Positions 32,873 to 41,795 of a DNA stretch of 64,000 nt are shown here, piece after piece. The position numbers were made by a program, and so were the translations under genes. The stretch spans positions 6,321-70,320 of the forward strand of contig JBGQFD010000004.1 of NCBI GenBank assembly GCA_041496705.1, in the 5' to 3' direction. The stretch is from Gammaproteobacteria bacterium (lineage in GTDB: Bacteria; Pseudomonadota; Gammaproteobacteria; Burkholderiales; SG8-39). The notes under the pieces are model-generated. The model saw only the letters and a list, made by a program, of their open reading frames with translations, made no database searches and was not told the DNA's origin. The first letter of the stretch is position 1, and the number at the start of each line of letters is the position of its first letter.

Positions 32873-35302
32873 ATGAACCTGGAACTCGACAGCAGGGACC
32901 ACAATCCGGCAGGCGAGAAGGCGAGCGCCTCCGCCACCCGGTCGGCGCCCGACGGGATGGTCGCCCTCCCGGAGGACGCGCTCATCATCCTGCCCGTGCG
33001 CAGCATGGTGCTCTTTCCCGGCATGATCCTTCCGTTGACCCTCGGCCGCGAAGCCTCGATCGCCGCCGCTCAGGCAGCCGCGAAGGCGAAGCGGCCGGTC
33101 GGCGTCCTGTTGCAGCGGAACGCTGAGACCGAGAAGCCCGGGCCGGACGAGCTTTGCCTCGTCGGCACGGTCGCCAACATCGTGCGCTACGTCACCACGC
33201 CCGACGGCACGCATCACGTCATCTGCCAGGGGCAGCAACGCTTCCGCGTGGTCGAGTATCTCGAGGGCTACCCGTTCATGGCGGCACGCGTCGGGCGCAT
33301 CGAAGAACCCCAGGCCGCCGGCAACGAGATCGAGGCGCGATTCGTGCAGTTGAAGGAGCGCGCGCTCCAGGTCCTCGAGCTTCTGCCGCAGGCTCCGCAG
33401 GAGCTGGTCGCGGGCATCCAGGGCATGTCCTCGGCCGGGGCGCTGGCCGACCTCGTCGCCGGCGTCATGGACATCGAGGTCGCGGAGAAGCAGGCGCTGC
33501 TCGAGACCGTGGACCTGCAAAAGCGTCTGGATGGCGTGCTCGAGCTGCTCGCGCACCGGCTGCAGGTGCTCAAGCTCTCGCGCGAGATCGACGAGCGCAC
33601 CAAGACGAGCCTGGACGAGACCCAGCGCAAGTACTTCCTGCGCGAGCAGATGAAATCGATCCAGAAGGAATTGGGCGAGGGCGAGGAGGGCCAGGCCGCC
33701 GAGATCGAGGAGCTCAGGAAAGCGATCGCCGGGGCCAGCATGCCCGAAGAGGTCGAGAAGCAGGCGACGAAGGAATTGAAGCGCCTCGAGCGCATGTCCG
33801 ACGCTTCGGGCGAGTCCTCGATGGTGCGCACCTATCTCGATTGGCTGATCGAGCTGCCCTGGAAGAGCCCCGAGCCCGACGCGATCGACATGGCGGAGGC
33901 GCGGCGCATTCTCGATGCGGACCACTTCGGCCTCGATCAGGTGAAGAAGCGCATCGTCGAATTTCTCGCAGTGCGCAAGCTCAACCCGGAAGGGCACGGG
34001 CCCATCCTGTGCTTCGTCGGCCCGCCCGGAGTCGGAAAGACGTCGCTTGGCCAGAGCGTTGCCAGGGCGCTCGGTCGCAAGTTCGTGCGCGTGTCGCTCG
34101 GCGGCGTGCACGATGAAGCCGAGATACGCGGGCACCGGCGCACCTACATCGGCGCGCTGCCCGGCAACGTCATCCAGGCGCTGAAGAAGGCCGGCACGCG
34201 CGGCTGCGTGATGATGCTCGACGAGATCGACAAGCTCGGCGCGGGCTTCCACGGCAATCCGTCCTCGGCATTGCTCGAAGTGCTCGATCCGGCGCAGAAC
34301 AACACGTTCCGCGACAACTATCTCGGGGTGCCCTACGACCTTTCGCGCGTGCTTTTCATCACGACCGCAAACGTGCTCGACACGATCCCGGGTCCCTTGC
34401 GCGACCGCATGGAGATCATCCAGCTCCCGGGATACACGCAGGAGGAAAAGCGCGAGATCGCGCGCCGCTACCTCGTCGCGCGCCAACTCAAGGAAAACGG
34501 CTTGAAGCACGAGCAGTTCGAGATTGCCGATGAGGCGTTGACCGCGATCATCCGCGACTACACGCGCGAGGCCGGTGTGCGCTCGCTCGAGCGCGAGATC
34601 GGCGCGGTGTGCCGGCGCGCCGCGGTGCGGATCGCCGAGGGTAGCGTCCAGACCGTGAAGATCGGCGAGAAAGACCTCGCGGAGATCCTGGGGCCGACGA
34701 AGTTCGAGAACGAAGTGGCACTGCGCACAGCAATGCCGGGCGTCGCCACGGGTCTTGCGTGGACGCCGGTCGGCGGGGACATCCTCTTCATCGAAGCGAG
34801 CCGCACGCCGGGCAGCGGAAAGTTGATCCTCACGGGGCAGCTCGGCGACGTGATGAAGGAGTCCGCGCAGGCCGCGCTGACGCTCCTGAAATCGCGCGCC
34901 GCGGCGCTCGGCATCGATGCGGCCGCGTTCGAGAAGAGCGACGTGCACGTCCATGTGCCGGCGGGCGCGATTCCGAAGGACGGTCCGAGCGCCGGCGTCT
35001 CGATGTTCATGGCGCTCGCCTCGCTTTTCGCCGATCGCGCCGTGCGCGCCGATACCGCGATGACGGGCGAGATCAGTCTGCGCGGTCTCGTGCTTCCCGT
35101 GGGAGGAATCAAGGAAAAGGTCCTCGCCGCCATGCGCGCCGGGCTCCGCCGCGTGATGCTGCCCGCGCGCAACCGCAAGGACCTCGAGGAAGTTCCGGCC
35201 GAGGCCAAGGAGAAGGTCGAGTTCGTATTCCTGCAGGACGTAGACGACGCGGTGCGCGCCGTGCTCGAGGAGCACCGGGAAGCAAGAGAGCCGGCTGTCT
35301 AA
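32873..35302 (+). CDS. lon: ATP-dependent Lon protease
   Basis: 809 aa. LON N-domain, Walker A GPPGVGKTS, catalytic PKDGPSAGV, and the Lys-containing GGIKEKVLAA. Starts 4 nt after the hsp20 stop. Confidence 0.95.
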   Translation: MNLELDSRDHNPAGEKASASATRSAPDGMVALPEDALIILPVRSMVLFPGMILPLTLGREASIAAAQAAAKAKRPVGVLLQRNAETEKPGPDELCLVGTVANIVRYVTTPDGTHHVICQGQQRFRVVEYLEGYPFMAARVGRIEEPQAAGNEIEARFVQLKERALQVLELLPQAPQELVAGIQGMSSAGALADLVAGVMDIEVAEKQALLETVDLQKRLDGVLELLAHRLQVLKLSREIDERTKTSLDETQRKYFLREQMKSIQKELGEGEEGQAAEIEELRKAIAGASMPEEVEKQATKELKRLERMSDASGESSMVRTYLDWLIELPWKSPEPDAIDMAEARRILDADHFGLDQVKKRIVEFLAVRKLNPEGHGPILCFVGPPGVGKTSLGQSVARALGRKFVRVSLGGVHDEAEIRGHRRTYIGALPGNVIQALKKAGTRGCVMMLDEIDKLGAGFHGNPSSALLEVLDPAQNNTFRDNYLGVPYDLSRVLFITTANVLDTIPGPLRDRMEIIQLPGYTQEEKREIARRYLVARQLKENGLKHEQFEIADEALTAIIRDYTREAGVRSLEREIGAVCRRAAVRIAEGSVQTVKIGEKDLAEILGPTKFENEVALRTAMPGVATGLAWTPVGGDILFIEASRTPGSGKLILTGQLGDVMKESAQAALTLLKSRAAALGIDAAAFEKSDVHVHVPAGAIPKDGPSAGVSMFMALASLFADRAVRADTAMTGEISLRGLVLPVGGIKEKVLAAMRAGLRRVMLPARNRKDLEEVPAEAKEKVEFVFLQDVDDAVRAVLEEHREAREPAV

Positions 35303-35335
35303 GAGCAGCGGTACAGCGCGGTGAATCGCTGCTCT
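35302..35335. terminator. Hairpin between convergent lon and the ParA-like gene
   Basis: 9-bp perfect stem AGAGCAGCG (35302-35310) / CGCTGCTCT (35327-35335), 16-nt loop, weak U-tract. Confidence 0.45.
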
Positions 35336-35356
35336 TCGCGAGCGGCCGCTACGGGA

Positions 35357-36115
35357 TCAGGGTACTCCGCCCTGGCTGTTCGATCCTGTGGCGAGGACCG
35401 GGCCGGCGCGGTCGAGCCGGCGGACGCGTGGTAGTTCGATCACCTTCACGGCGGCAGACTCGCGCCGCGGGTCTACCCAATCGACGATGGGCGCGAATTC
35501 TTCCAGCTCGGCGGCTGCCTGGGCAGGGTCCATCTCGTAGATTCCGACGCCGGTCTCCGCCCCCCGGAGGTAAACCTCCGAGTCGCGGATGCGAGCGAGG
35601 AGCGGCAGGCCGAGCGACCCGAGGAAGCGCTCCAGCGGCTGATACACGGGCATCGCGCTGCGCACCCGGTTCGCCACCACCGCCAGGCGGATGCTGCGCG
35701 TGCGCACCCGCCCGAGGATCAGCAGGTCCCTGACGAAATTCGCGGTCGCGTGGATGTCGATCGACGACGGCGGTACGGGGATTAGAATCGCGTCGGCGCG
35801 AAACAGCATCTCCTGCAGCAGCACGCCTGAGACGCCGGCCGGCGCGTCTATGAAGAGCTGCTGCGTGTCCGCGGGCACGTGCATGTCGACGCTGCGGATG
35901 CGGCCGGCCTTTGCCGGCGCGGCGTTGGCGGCGTGGATCCTGGGCCCGGCGATGCCGCGCAGCCGCAGCCAGTTCAGGCTCGAGCCCTGCGGGTCGTAGT
36001 CCATGATCGCGGTGGAGATGCCTCGGGCGGCGAACGAGCTCGCCAGGTTGGTCGCGAGCGTGGTCTTTCCAGACCCGCCCTTGGAATTGATGACCAGCGT
36101 GGTGTTCGTCCTCAT
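35357..36115 (-). CDS. Orphan ParA/MinD-family P-loop ATPase with a C-terminal extension
   Basis: LVINSKGGSGKTTLATNLA (deviant Walker A), IMDYDPQGSSLNW, FIDAPAG. No parB, parS or plasmid/phage genes nearby. Confidence 0.8.
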   Translation of the reverse strand: MRTNTTLVINSKGGSGKTTLATNLASSFAARGISTAIMDYDPQGSSLNWLRLRGIAGPRIHAANAAPAKAGRIRSVDMHVPADTQQLFIDAPAGVSGVLLQEMLFRADAILIPVPPSSIDIHATANFVRDLLILGRVRTRSIRLAVVANRVRSAMPVYQPLERFLGSLGLPLLARIRDSEVYLRGAETGVGIYEMDPAQAAAELEEFAPIVDWVDPRRESAAVKVIELPRVRRLDRAGPVLATGSNSQGGVP

Positions 36116-36251
36116 GACCGGTACTCCGACAGCCCACGGAGAGCGGTCAGACTATGCCACAGTCATGGCCTAAGTTGAGTAACTACTTCACGGACGGGCG
36201 CGGAATGCCGCCCGACCCGCCCCGGAGGGCCGGGCCCGGGCGCTGCCGGAG

Positions 36252-36830
36252 CTAGATGGCCGGCCCCACGCCGATCGGCGGGGGGGCAAGGTCGACGATG
36301 CGGGTGAAGAGCTTCTGGAAGTCCCGGGTCTCGCGCTCGGCGGCGAGCGGGTCGCGGTTGGACTCGAATTCCCGGTCGACCGAGGCCCAGTCCTCGGCCT
36401 GGAGCAGCTTTTCGGCCAGGGGGAACATCAGCTCCTCTTCCTTGCGCATGTGGTCCCAGTACCCCTGGACAAAGGCCTCGACTTCCTGGGCGAAGGCCGG
36501 GAACTCGCGGTCCCCGCCCTCCTCGTAGCGGATCAGGTGCTGCTCGAGCTTGCGCAGCGCCTGCTCGCCGCCGGCGTGTTCCTTCTCGAGCTCGGCGATG
36601 AGCGCATCGGTGCTGCCGCGCCGGCGCAGGGCGTTGAACAGGTACAGGTCTTCCTTGGGGTGGTGCACGCGCTCGGCAAACGTGTCCAGGTAGTAGAGCA
36701 TCGCGCGGAATACCCGCGGGTCGATTTTCGCCTTTTTCGCCCGGATCTGGTCGACCAGATACTGCATTCCGTGCAGGATCGCTGCGATCGAGCGGTGCTC
36801 GTCGCGGATGATGTTCAGTACTTTGGGCAT
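36252..36830 (-). CDS. Hemerythrin (HHE cation-binding) domain protein
   Basis: Start set to ATG 36830 after GGAGGA. IIRDEHRSIAAIL...ERVHHPKEDLYLF...EKEHAGGEQ...YWDHMRKEEE carries the H/HxxxE/HxxxxD-type ligands of hemerythrin-like domains. Confidence 0.8.
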   Translation of the reverse strand: MPKVLNIIRDEHRSIAAILHGMQYLVDQIRAKKAKIDPRVFRAMLYYLDTFAERVHHPKEDLYLFNALRRRGSTDALIAELEKEHAGGEQALRKLEQHLIRYEEGGDREFPAFAQEVEAFVQGYWDHMRKEEELMFPLAEKLLQAEDWASVDREFESNRDPLAAERETRDFQKLFTRIVDLAPPPIGVGPAI

Positions 36831-36861
36831 GAGATCCTCCTCTGCGCTGCCGTGCACGCGC

Positions 36862-37575
36862 TCATCGCGGCGGCGTGCGACAAAAAATCGAATTGCTCGC
36901 GATGGTTTCGATTTCGCCAGCGTAGGCGAGACCGAGGAGCCCAAAGGCGACGATGATGCCTCCGGCCGCGCGGCGCGCGAGCGGCGCGCGCAGCCGCTGC
37001 TGAAGCCCGGGCAGCAGCGCGCCGGCGGCGAGCAGTGCCGGCAGGGTGCCCAGTCCGAAAGCGAGCATCACGAGCGCCCCGCTCGCGGCGTTCCCGCTCA
37101 CCAGGGCGATGGCGAGCACGCTGTAGACGAGTCCGCAGGGCAGCAGCCCCCACACCATCCCGTAGGCCAGGGCGCGGTGCACCGTGCGCACCGGGAGCAG
37201 CCGAGCGCTCGCGGGCTGCACCCGGCGCCACAGGGCGCGGCCGGCGCGTTCGAATACGTCCAGGTATCGAGGAACGCCCAGCAGGTACAGGCCCAGCGCG
37301 ACCAGCACCAGCTGCGCGGCTACGTACAGCACGATCTGGATCGGCAGCACTCCGTCGAGCAGCAGCGCCGCCGATCCGAGGCTGGCTGCCAGCGCGCCGG
37401 CGGTGACGTAGGTCGCGATGCGTCCGGCGTGATGGGCGATCTGCAGGACATGGCGGGGCCGCTCGCCGGGGAGGCGCACCGAGAGTGCGGTGACGATGCC
37501 GCCGCACATGCCCAGGCAGTGCGTGCTGCCGAGCAAGCCGACGAGGAACATCGATACGAGCGCGGCCGAGCTCAT
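36862..37575 (-). CDS. TauE/SafE-type membrane protein with HCxGMCGG motif
   Basis: MSSAALVSMFLVGLLGSTHCLGMCGGIV..., about 6 TM segments, second LLPCGLVY motif. ATG 37575 overlaps the hemN stop (ATGA). It is the in-frame tail of the spurious 762-aa ORF. Confidence 0.68.
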   Translation of the reverse strand: MSSAALVSMFLVGLLGSTHCLGMCGGIVTALSVRLPGERPRHVLQIAHHAGRIATYVTAGALAASLGSAALLLDGVLPIQIVLYVAAQLVLVALGLYLLGVPRYLDVFERAGRALWRRVQPASARLLPVRTVHRALAYGMVWGLLPCGLVYSVLAIALVSGNAASGALVMLAFGLGTLPALLAAGALLPGLQQRLRAPLARRAAGGIIVAFGLLGLAYAGEIETIASNSIFCRTPPR

Positions 37576-38951
37576 ATGACGCGGGAGTAGCGCTCCCGCT
37601 CGGCGCGCAGAGTGCGGTCGAACACCATGCACACCGCGCGCACCAGCAGCCGGCCCCTCGGCGTGACGCTGATCCAATCCTCGTCGACGCTCACCAAGTC
37701 CTCGGCCTGCATGGTCTTCAATTGCTCCAGCTCGGGCGCGAAGTATTCGTCGAAATCGATCAGGTGGGCGATCGAGATCGACTCCTTGGATACCTCGAAG
37801 TTGCACGCGAGCGACTGGATCACCGCGCGGCGCACCAGGTCGTCGGCGCTCGACTCGATGCCGCGCATGACGGGCAGCACGCCGCGATCGAGCGCGTCGT
37901 AGTAGGACTCCAGGGTCTTCAGGTTCTGGCTGTAGATCGGGCCGACCTTGCTGATCGCCGAGACGCCGAGCGCGACGATATCGCTGTCCCCGGCGCTCGA
38001 ATATCCCTGGAAGTTGCGCGTCAGCCGGCCGCGGCGCTGCGCCACGGCGAGATCGTCCTCCGGCTTGGCGAAATGATCCATGCCGATGTAGAGGTAGCCG
38101 GCGGCCTGGAGTTCGGAGATCGCAGTGGTAAGCAGACCCAGCTTGACTTCGGATGCGGGGAGGTCGGCATCGGCAATGCGCCGCTGCGGCTTGAACACGG
38201 TCGGCAGATGAGCGTACGAGTACAGGGCGACCCGGTCGGGGTTGCTGCGGATCACCTCGGCCAGGGTGTGCGAAAAACCCTCGAGGGTCTGCTTCGGCAG
38301 GCCGTAGATGAGATCCATGTTTACCGACTTGAAGCCATGACGGCGCGCCGCGGCGATCACCGCGTTGGTCTCGTCGACGCTCTGCACGCGATGCACCGCA
38401 CGCTGCACCTCGGGATCGAAGTCCTGCACGCCCACGCTGATGCGGTTGAAGCCGAGCGCGGCGAGGAGCCCCACGCGCTCCGGGCTCACCTTGCGCGGGT
38501 CGACCTCGATCGCGTACTCCCCCGAGGGATCGAGGCTGAATTCCGAGCGGATCGCGCCGAGCAATTCCTCGAGCTCGCTCTCGCCGAGGAAGGTCGGTGT
38601 TCCGCCACCCCAGTGCATCTGGCTGACGTTGCGGTCGCCCGGAAGGTCTTCGGCCACCAGGCGGATTTCTTGCGAAAGGTAGCGCAGGTACTTTGCCGAG
38701 CGGCCGTGGTCCTTGGTGATGATCTTGTTGCAGGCGCAGTAGTAGCAGATCGAGTCGCAAAAGGGCAGGTGAACGTACAGGGCGAGCGGCCGGGCAAAGC
38801 CGCCGATGTTGCGGTTGCGCAGCCAGTGCCGGTACGCATCGGCGTCGAAGGCTTCGATGAAGCGGTCCGCCGTAGGATACGACGTATAGCGCGGTCCGTT
38901 GCCACCGTACTTGCGGATCAGGTCGAGGTCTATGGCAAGCGAGTTGGACAT
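37572..38951 (-). CDS. hemN: Oxygen-independent coproporphyrinogen III oxidase (radical SAM)
   Basis: DLIRKYGGNGPRYTSYPTADRF, radical-SAM YVHLPFCDSICYYCACN, GGGTPTFL. Start set to ATG 38951 (MSNSLAID...); an alternative is 38990. Confidence 0.93.
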   Translation of the reverse strand: MSNSLAIDLDLIRKYGGNGPRYTSYPTADRFIEAFDADAYRHWLRNRNIGGFARPLALYVHLPFCDSICYYCACNKIITKDHGRSAKYLRYLSQEIRLVAEDLPGDRNVSQMHWGGGTPTFLGESELEELLGAIRSEFSLDPSGEYAIEVDPRKVSPERVGLLAALGFNRISVGVQDFDPEVQRAVHRVQSVDETNAVIAAARRHGFKSVNMDLIYGLPKQTLEGFSHTLAEVIRSNPDRVALYSYAHLPTVFKPQRRIADADLPASEVKLGLLTTAISELQAAGYLYIGMDHFAKPEDDLAVAQRRGRLTRNFQGYSSAGDSDIVALGVSAISKVGPIYSQNLKTLESYYDALDRGVLPVMRGIESSADDLVRRAVIQSLACNFEVSKESISIAHLIDFDEYFAPELEQLKTMQAEDLVSVDEDWISVTPRGRLLVRAVCMVFDRTLRAERERYSRVI

Positions 38952-39028
38952 GCTCCGGCTCGATGCGTATGCGTTGGTGCAGGCGTCCATTCCGTTTCGT
39001 ACTATGCGGCGCGAGGTATGCCCCTCTC

Positions 39029-39042
39029 TTGATATGGGTCAA
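39029..39042. promoter_or_regulatory. FNR-type box TTGATatggGTCAA in the hemN / fnr divergent region
   Basis: Read directly. Centre is about 84 nt upstream of hemN ATG 38951 and about 190 nt upstream of fnr ATG 39225. Confidence 0.7.
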
Positions 39043-39224
39043 ACTCTGCGCGCGGGAGGCGGGTTCGCGCATTCTCGCGGAGCGGGTGTCGATCGTGGCC
39101 AAGGGTTCGCCTGCCCGTACCGCCTTGTAGGACGATTCCCACCCCGCCAATCAGGCGCCTCCGACACGTCGATTCAGGCGCCACCGATAGGTGGCGGGAG
39201 GGGCGCCAACCCATAATCACGGCC

Positions 39225-40025
39225 ATGGATAAGGACCTGAAGGCTTGCGTAGCGGAGGGGCAGGTGTTTGTCGCCCTCCCCGGACGCGCGGTTCGGGCGC
39301 GCGGGTCGCCGGAGATCGCGCGCGTCTCTACCGGCTGCTCGAATTGCAACCTCCACGAGATCTGCATTCCCTGCGGCCTGACCGGCCGGGAAGTGGACCA
39401 GGTCGAAGAGCTGATCTACGCGCGCCGGTGCGTCAAGCGAGGCGAGTCCCTGTACCGCGCCGGGGATGCGTTCAATTCGCTCTACGCGGTGCGCAGCGGC
39501 TTCTTCAAGACCAGCCAGACGCTGGAGGACGGGCGCGAGCAGATCACCGCTTTCTACATGGCGGGCGAAATCATGGGGATGGACGGCATCGGGCCCGAGC
39601 GGCACAGCTGCAACGCCGTCGCCCTCGAAGACAGCCAGGTGTGCGTCATCCTCTACTCGCAACTGGAAGTCCTCAGCCGCGATCTGCCCGGCCTGCAGCA
39701 GCAGTTTCACAAGGTCATGAGCCGCGAAATCGCGCGCGAACACGGCGTCATGCTGCTGCTCGGCAGCATGCGCGCCGAGGAGCGCCTCGCCGCGTTTCTG
39801 CTGAACCTGTCGCAACGCTTCGCGGCGCGGCGCTACTCGGGACGCGAATTCGTGCTGCGCATGACCCGAGAGGAGATCGGCAGCTATCTGGGGCTCAAGC
39901 TCGAGACCGTGAGTCGGGCTTTTTCGAAGTTCCAGGAGGAAGGCCTGATCAGCGTGCGCCACAAGCGCGTCGGCATCCTCGACGCCGCCGGACTCAAGCA
40001 TATGATCGGCCGGGGCCTGCATTAA
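39225..40025 (+). CDS. fnr: FNR/Anr-type oxygen-sensing Crp-family transcription factor (paralogue 1)
   Basis: N-terminal CSNCNLHEICIPC (CxxCx5C) plus central HSCNAV Cys, cNMP-like barrel, recognition helix LETVSRAF (E--SR). Confidence 0.88.
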   Translation: MDKDLKACVAEGQVFVALPGRAVRARGSPEIARVSTGCSNCNLHEICIPCGLTGREVDQVEELIYARRCVKRGESLYRAGDAFNSLYAVRSGFFKTSQTLEDGREQITAFYMAGEIMGMDGIGPERHSCNAVALEDSQVCVILYSQLEVLSRDLPGLQQQFHKVMSREIAREHGVMLLLGSMRAEERLAAFLLNLSQRFAARRYSGREFVLRMTREEIGSYLGLKLETVSRAFSKFQEEGLISVRHKRVGILDAAGLKHMIGRGLH

Positions 40026-41641
40026 AGCAGGCGCGCCGCAATCCGATCGAGCGCCTGCTCCAGCGCATCCGCGTCCGCGGTATCGAGGATCGCCACGCAC
40101 GCGCGCTCGTCCTCCTCCAACGGCTCCTGCGTCGCGAGCTGACGCTCGAGAACCGCCACACCCGCCTCGGAAGCGTCGCTCGCCGCTGCTTGGCGGTTTT
40201 CCACCCGGCGACGCAGCTCGCTCTCGAGTGCGTTGCACGAGACGATCGAGAGCGGCACGCCGAGTTCGCGCGCCAGCGCGACGAACATGCCGCGCTCGCT
40301 GCGCGAAAGGAAGCTGGCGTCGACGAGCGCCGGCCAGCCCGATTCGACGATGCCGCGCGCGAGCTGCCTGAGCCGCTCGTAGGTCTTCCGCGTCGTTGCC
40401 GGAGCGTACAGCCCGGCCTGGGTTCCCGAGCCGCTGCGCGAGCCCGGCGCCAGGCCGTGCAGGCGCTTGCGCTCGACGTCGGAGCGCAAGCGCACGGCGC
40501 CGGTGCGCTCCAGCAGCCCCTGCGAAACCGTCGTTTTGCCGGAACCTGAGAGGCCGTGCATCAGGACCAGGAAGGGTTGTGGTGGCCGCGCCAGCGATTC
40601 GGCGAGCGCCAGGTAGCCCCGATATTCGCGCTCGAGCGACAGGGGCTCGCCGGCGCCGTTGGGCGTCTGCTGCGCACGGATGCAGGCGATTTTGGCGCGG
40701 ACCATGGCGCGGTAGACGAGGTAAAACCGCAGCACGCTCAAGCCCGCATAGTCGCCGGTCGCTTCCAGGTAGGCGTTCAGCAGGCGCCAGGCGGCCGCGT
40801 CCAGGCGATGGTCGAGAAGATCCATCACCAGGAACGCCGCTTCGCTCATGACGTCGATCCAGCGCAGCTCCGGGCTGAACTCGATGCAGTCGAACAGGAC
40901 CGGCCGATGGTCCAGGAACACGATGTTCCGGAGGTGCAAGTCCCCGTGACATTCGCGCACCCACCCGCCGCGCCTGCGGGCGGAGAAGGCCTCGCGGTTC
41001 CGAGCGGCCTCCGCGCGCGTCCAGGCGCGCAGGCGCTCGAGGCGTTCGTGATCCTCCGGGTCGCGGACCAGGGTCTCGATCGCGTCGAAATTGCGCAACG
41101 CCGGCGCGGCGACGCTGCGCGCCGAGCCGAATCGGCTGCGCTCGGGCACCGCCGGAATCGCTGCGTGAAAGGCGGCGATCGCCGCACCCATGGCGTCGAT
41201 TCTTGCAGGGCCGAGCTCGCCGCGCGCGGCGAGCCGGTCGGCCAGGGCCTCCTGCGGAAATCGCCGCATCTTCAGCGCGTAATCGATCGCCGGGCCTGCC
41301 GCGCCGATGCGCGGCGCGTCCGCGGTCCCGGCTACCGGGACGACCTCAAGATAGAGATCTGCAGCGGTGCGGCGATTGAGCCGCAATTCTTCCTCGCAGT
41401 AGTACCTGCGCGCCTGCAGCGTGCTGAAGTCAAGGAAGCCGAGATTGACGGGTCTCTTCAACTTGTAGGCGTAGTCCCCGGCGAGGAACACCCATGAGAT
41501 GTGCGTCTCGATCAACTCCACGCGGTCGACCGCGTGAGGATAGCAGCGCGGGTCCTTCAGCGCCGCGGGGGACAACTCGCTCCGCGGCGGGTTCGCGCCG
41601 GTCCGGGGCTCGATCTCCTCTGAGAGCGCGCGACGGCTCAT
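40022..41641 (-). CDS. Bifunctional aminoglycoside-phosphotransferase-like kinase domain / P-loop (AAA/zeta-like) ATP-binding protein
   Basis: Start set to ATG 41641. IETHISWVFLAGDYAYKLKRPV..., HGDLHLRNIV (APH catalytic loop), C-terminal LMHGLSGSGKTTV Walker A. Confidence 0.75.
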   Translation of the reverse strand: MSRRALSEEIEPRTGANPPRSELSPAALKDPRCYPHAVDRVELIETHISWVFLAGDYAYKLKRPVNLGFLDFSTLQARRYYCEEELRLNRRTAADLYLEVVPVAGTADAPRIGAAGPAIDYALKMRRFPQEALADRLAARGELGPARIDAMGAAIAAFHAAIPAVPERSRFGSARSVAAPALRNFDAIETLVRDPEDHERLERLRAWTRAEAARNREAFSARRRGGWVRECHGDLHLRNIVFLDHRPVLFDCIEFSPELRWIDVMSEAAFLVMDLLDHRLDAAAWRLLNAYLEATGDYAGLSVLRFYLVYRAMVRAKIACIRAQQTPNGAGEPLSLEREYRGYLALAESLARPPQPFLVLMHGLSGSGKTTVSQGLLERTGAVRLRSDVERKRLHGLAPGSRSGSGTQAGLYAPATTRKTYERLRQLARGIVESGWPALVDASFLSRSERGMFVALARELGVPLSIVSCNALESELRRRVENRQAAASDASEAGVAVLERQLATQEPLEEDERACVAILDTADADALEQALDRIAARLL

Positions 41642-41738
41642 CGAACGGGGACGTCGGTGCCCGTATAATGCTGCTGGTTGAAACCTGCCCAATCCCTTCC
41701 GGTCATGCTTGACTATGCCCCAGGCGATGCCAGGCGGT

Positions 41739-41752
41739 TTGACGTGGGTCAA
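41739..41752. promoter_or_regulatory. FNR-type box TTGACgtggGTCAA in the divergent region between the kinase-like gene and the PAS histidine kinase
   Basis: Read directly. Centre is about 50 nt upstream of ATG 41796 and about 104 nt upstream of ATG 41641 on the other strand. Confidence 0.65.
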
Positions 41753-41795
41753 ATCGGGCGCGGACCATTGCCCTAACCGCAGGACAGAACACGGC

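Noticed and set aside
32738-35275. 845-aa minus-strand ORF opposite lon
   Set aside because: It is antisense to an unambiguous Lon protease. The product is Arg/Leu/Ala-rich with no domain signatures.
36862-39150. 762-aa minus-strand ORF
   Set aside because: Only its last 237 codons (TauE/SafE-like, from ATG 37575) look like protein. The upstream part overlaps hemN out of frame and reads as Arg/Pro-rich noise.
41664-41669. Perfect TATAAT in the 41642-41795 intergenic region
   Set aside because: It lies upstream of the FNR box relative to the kinase gene and is in the wrong orientation for the divergent gene. It cannot be assigned to a promoter without transcript-start data.
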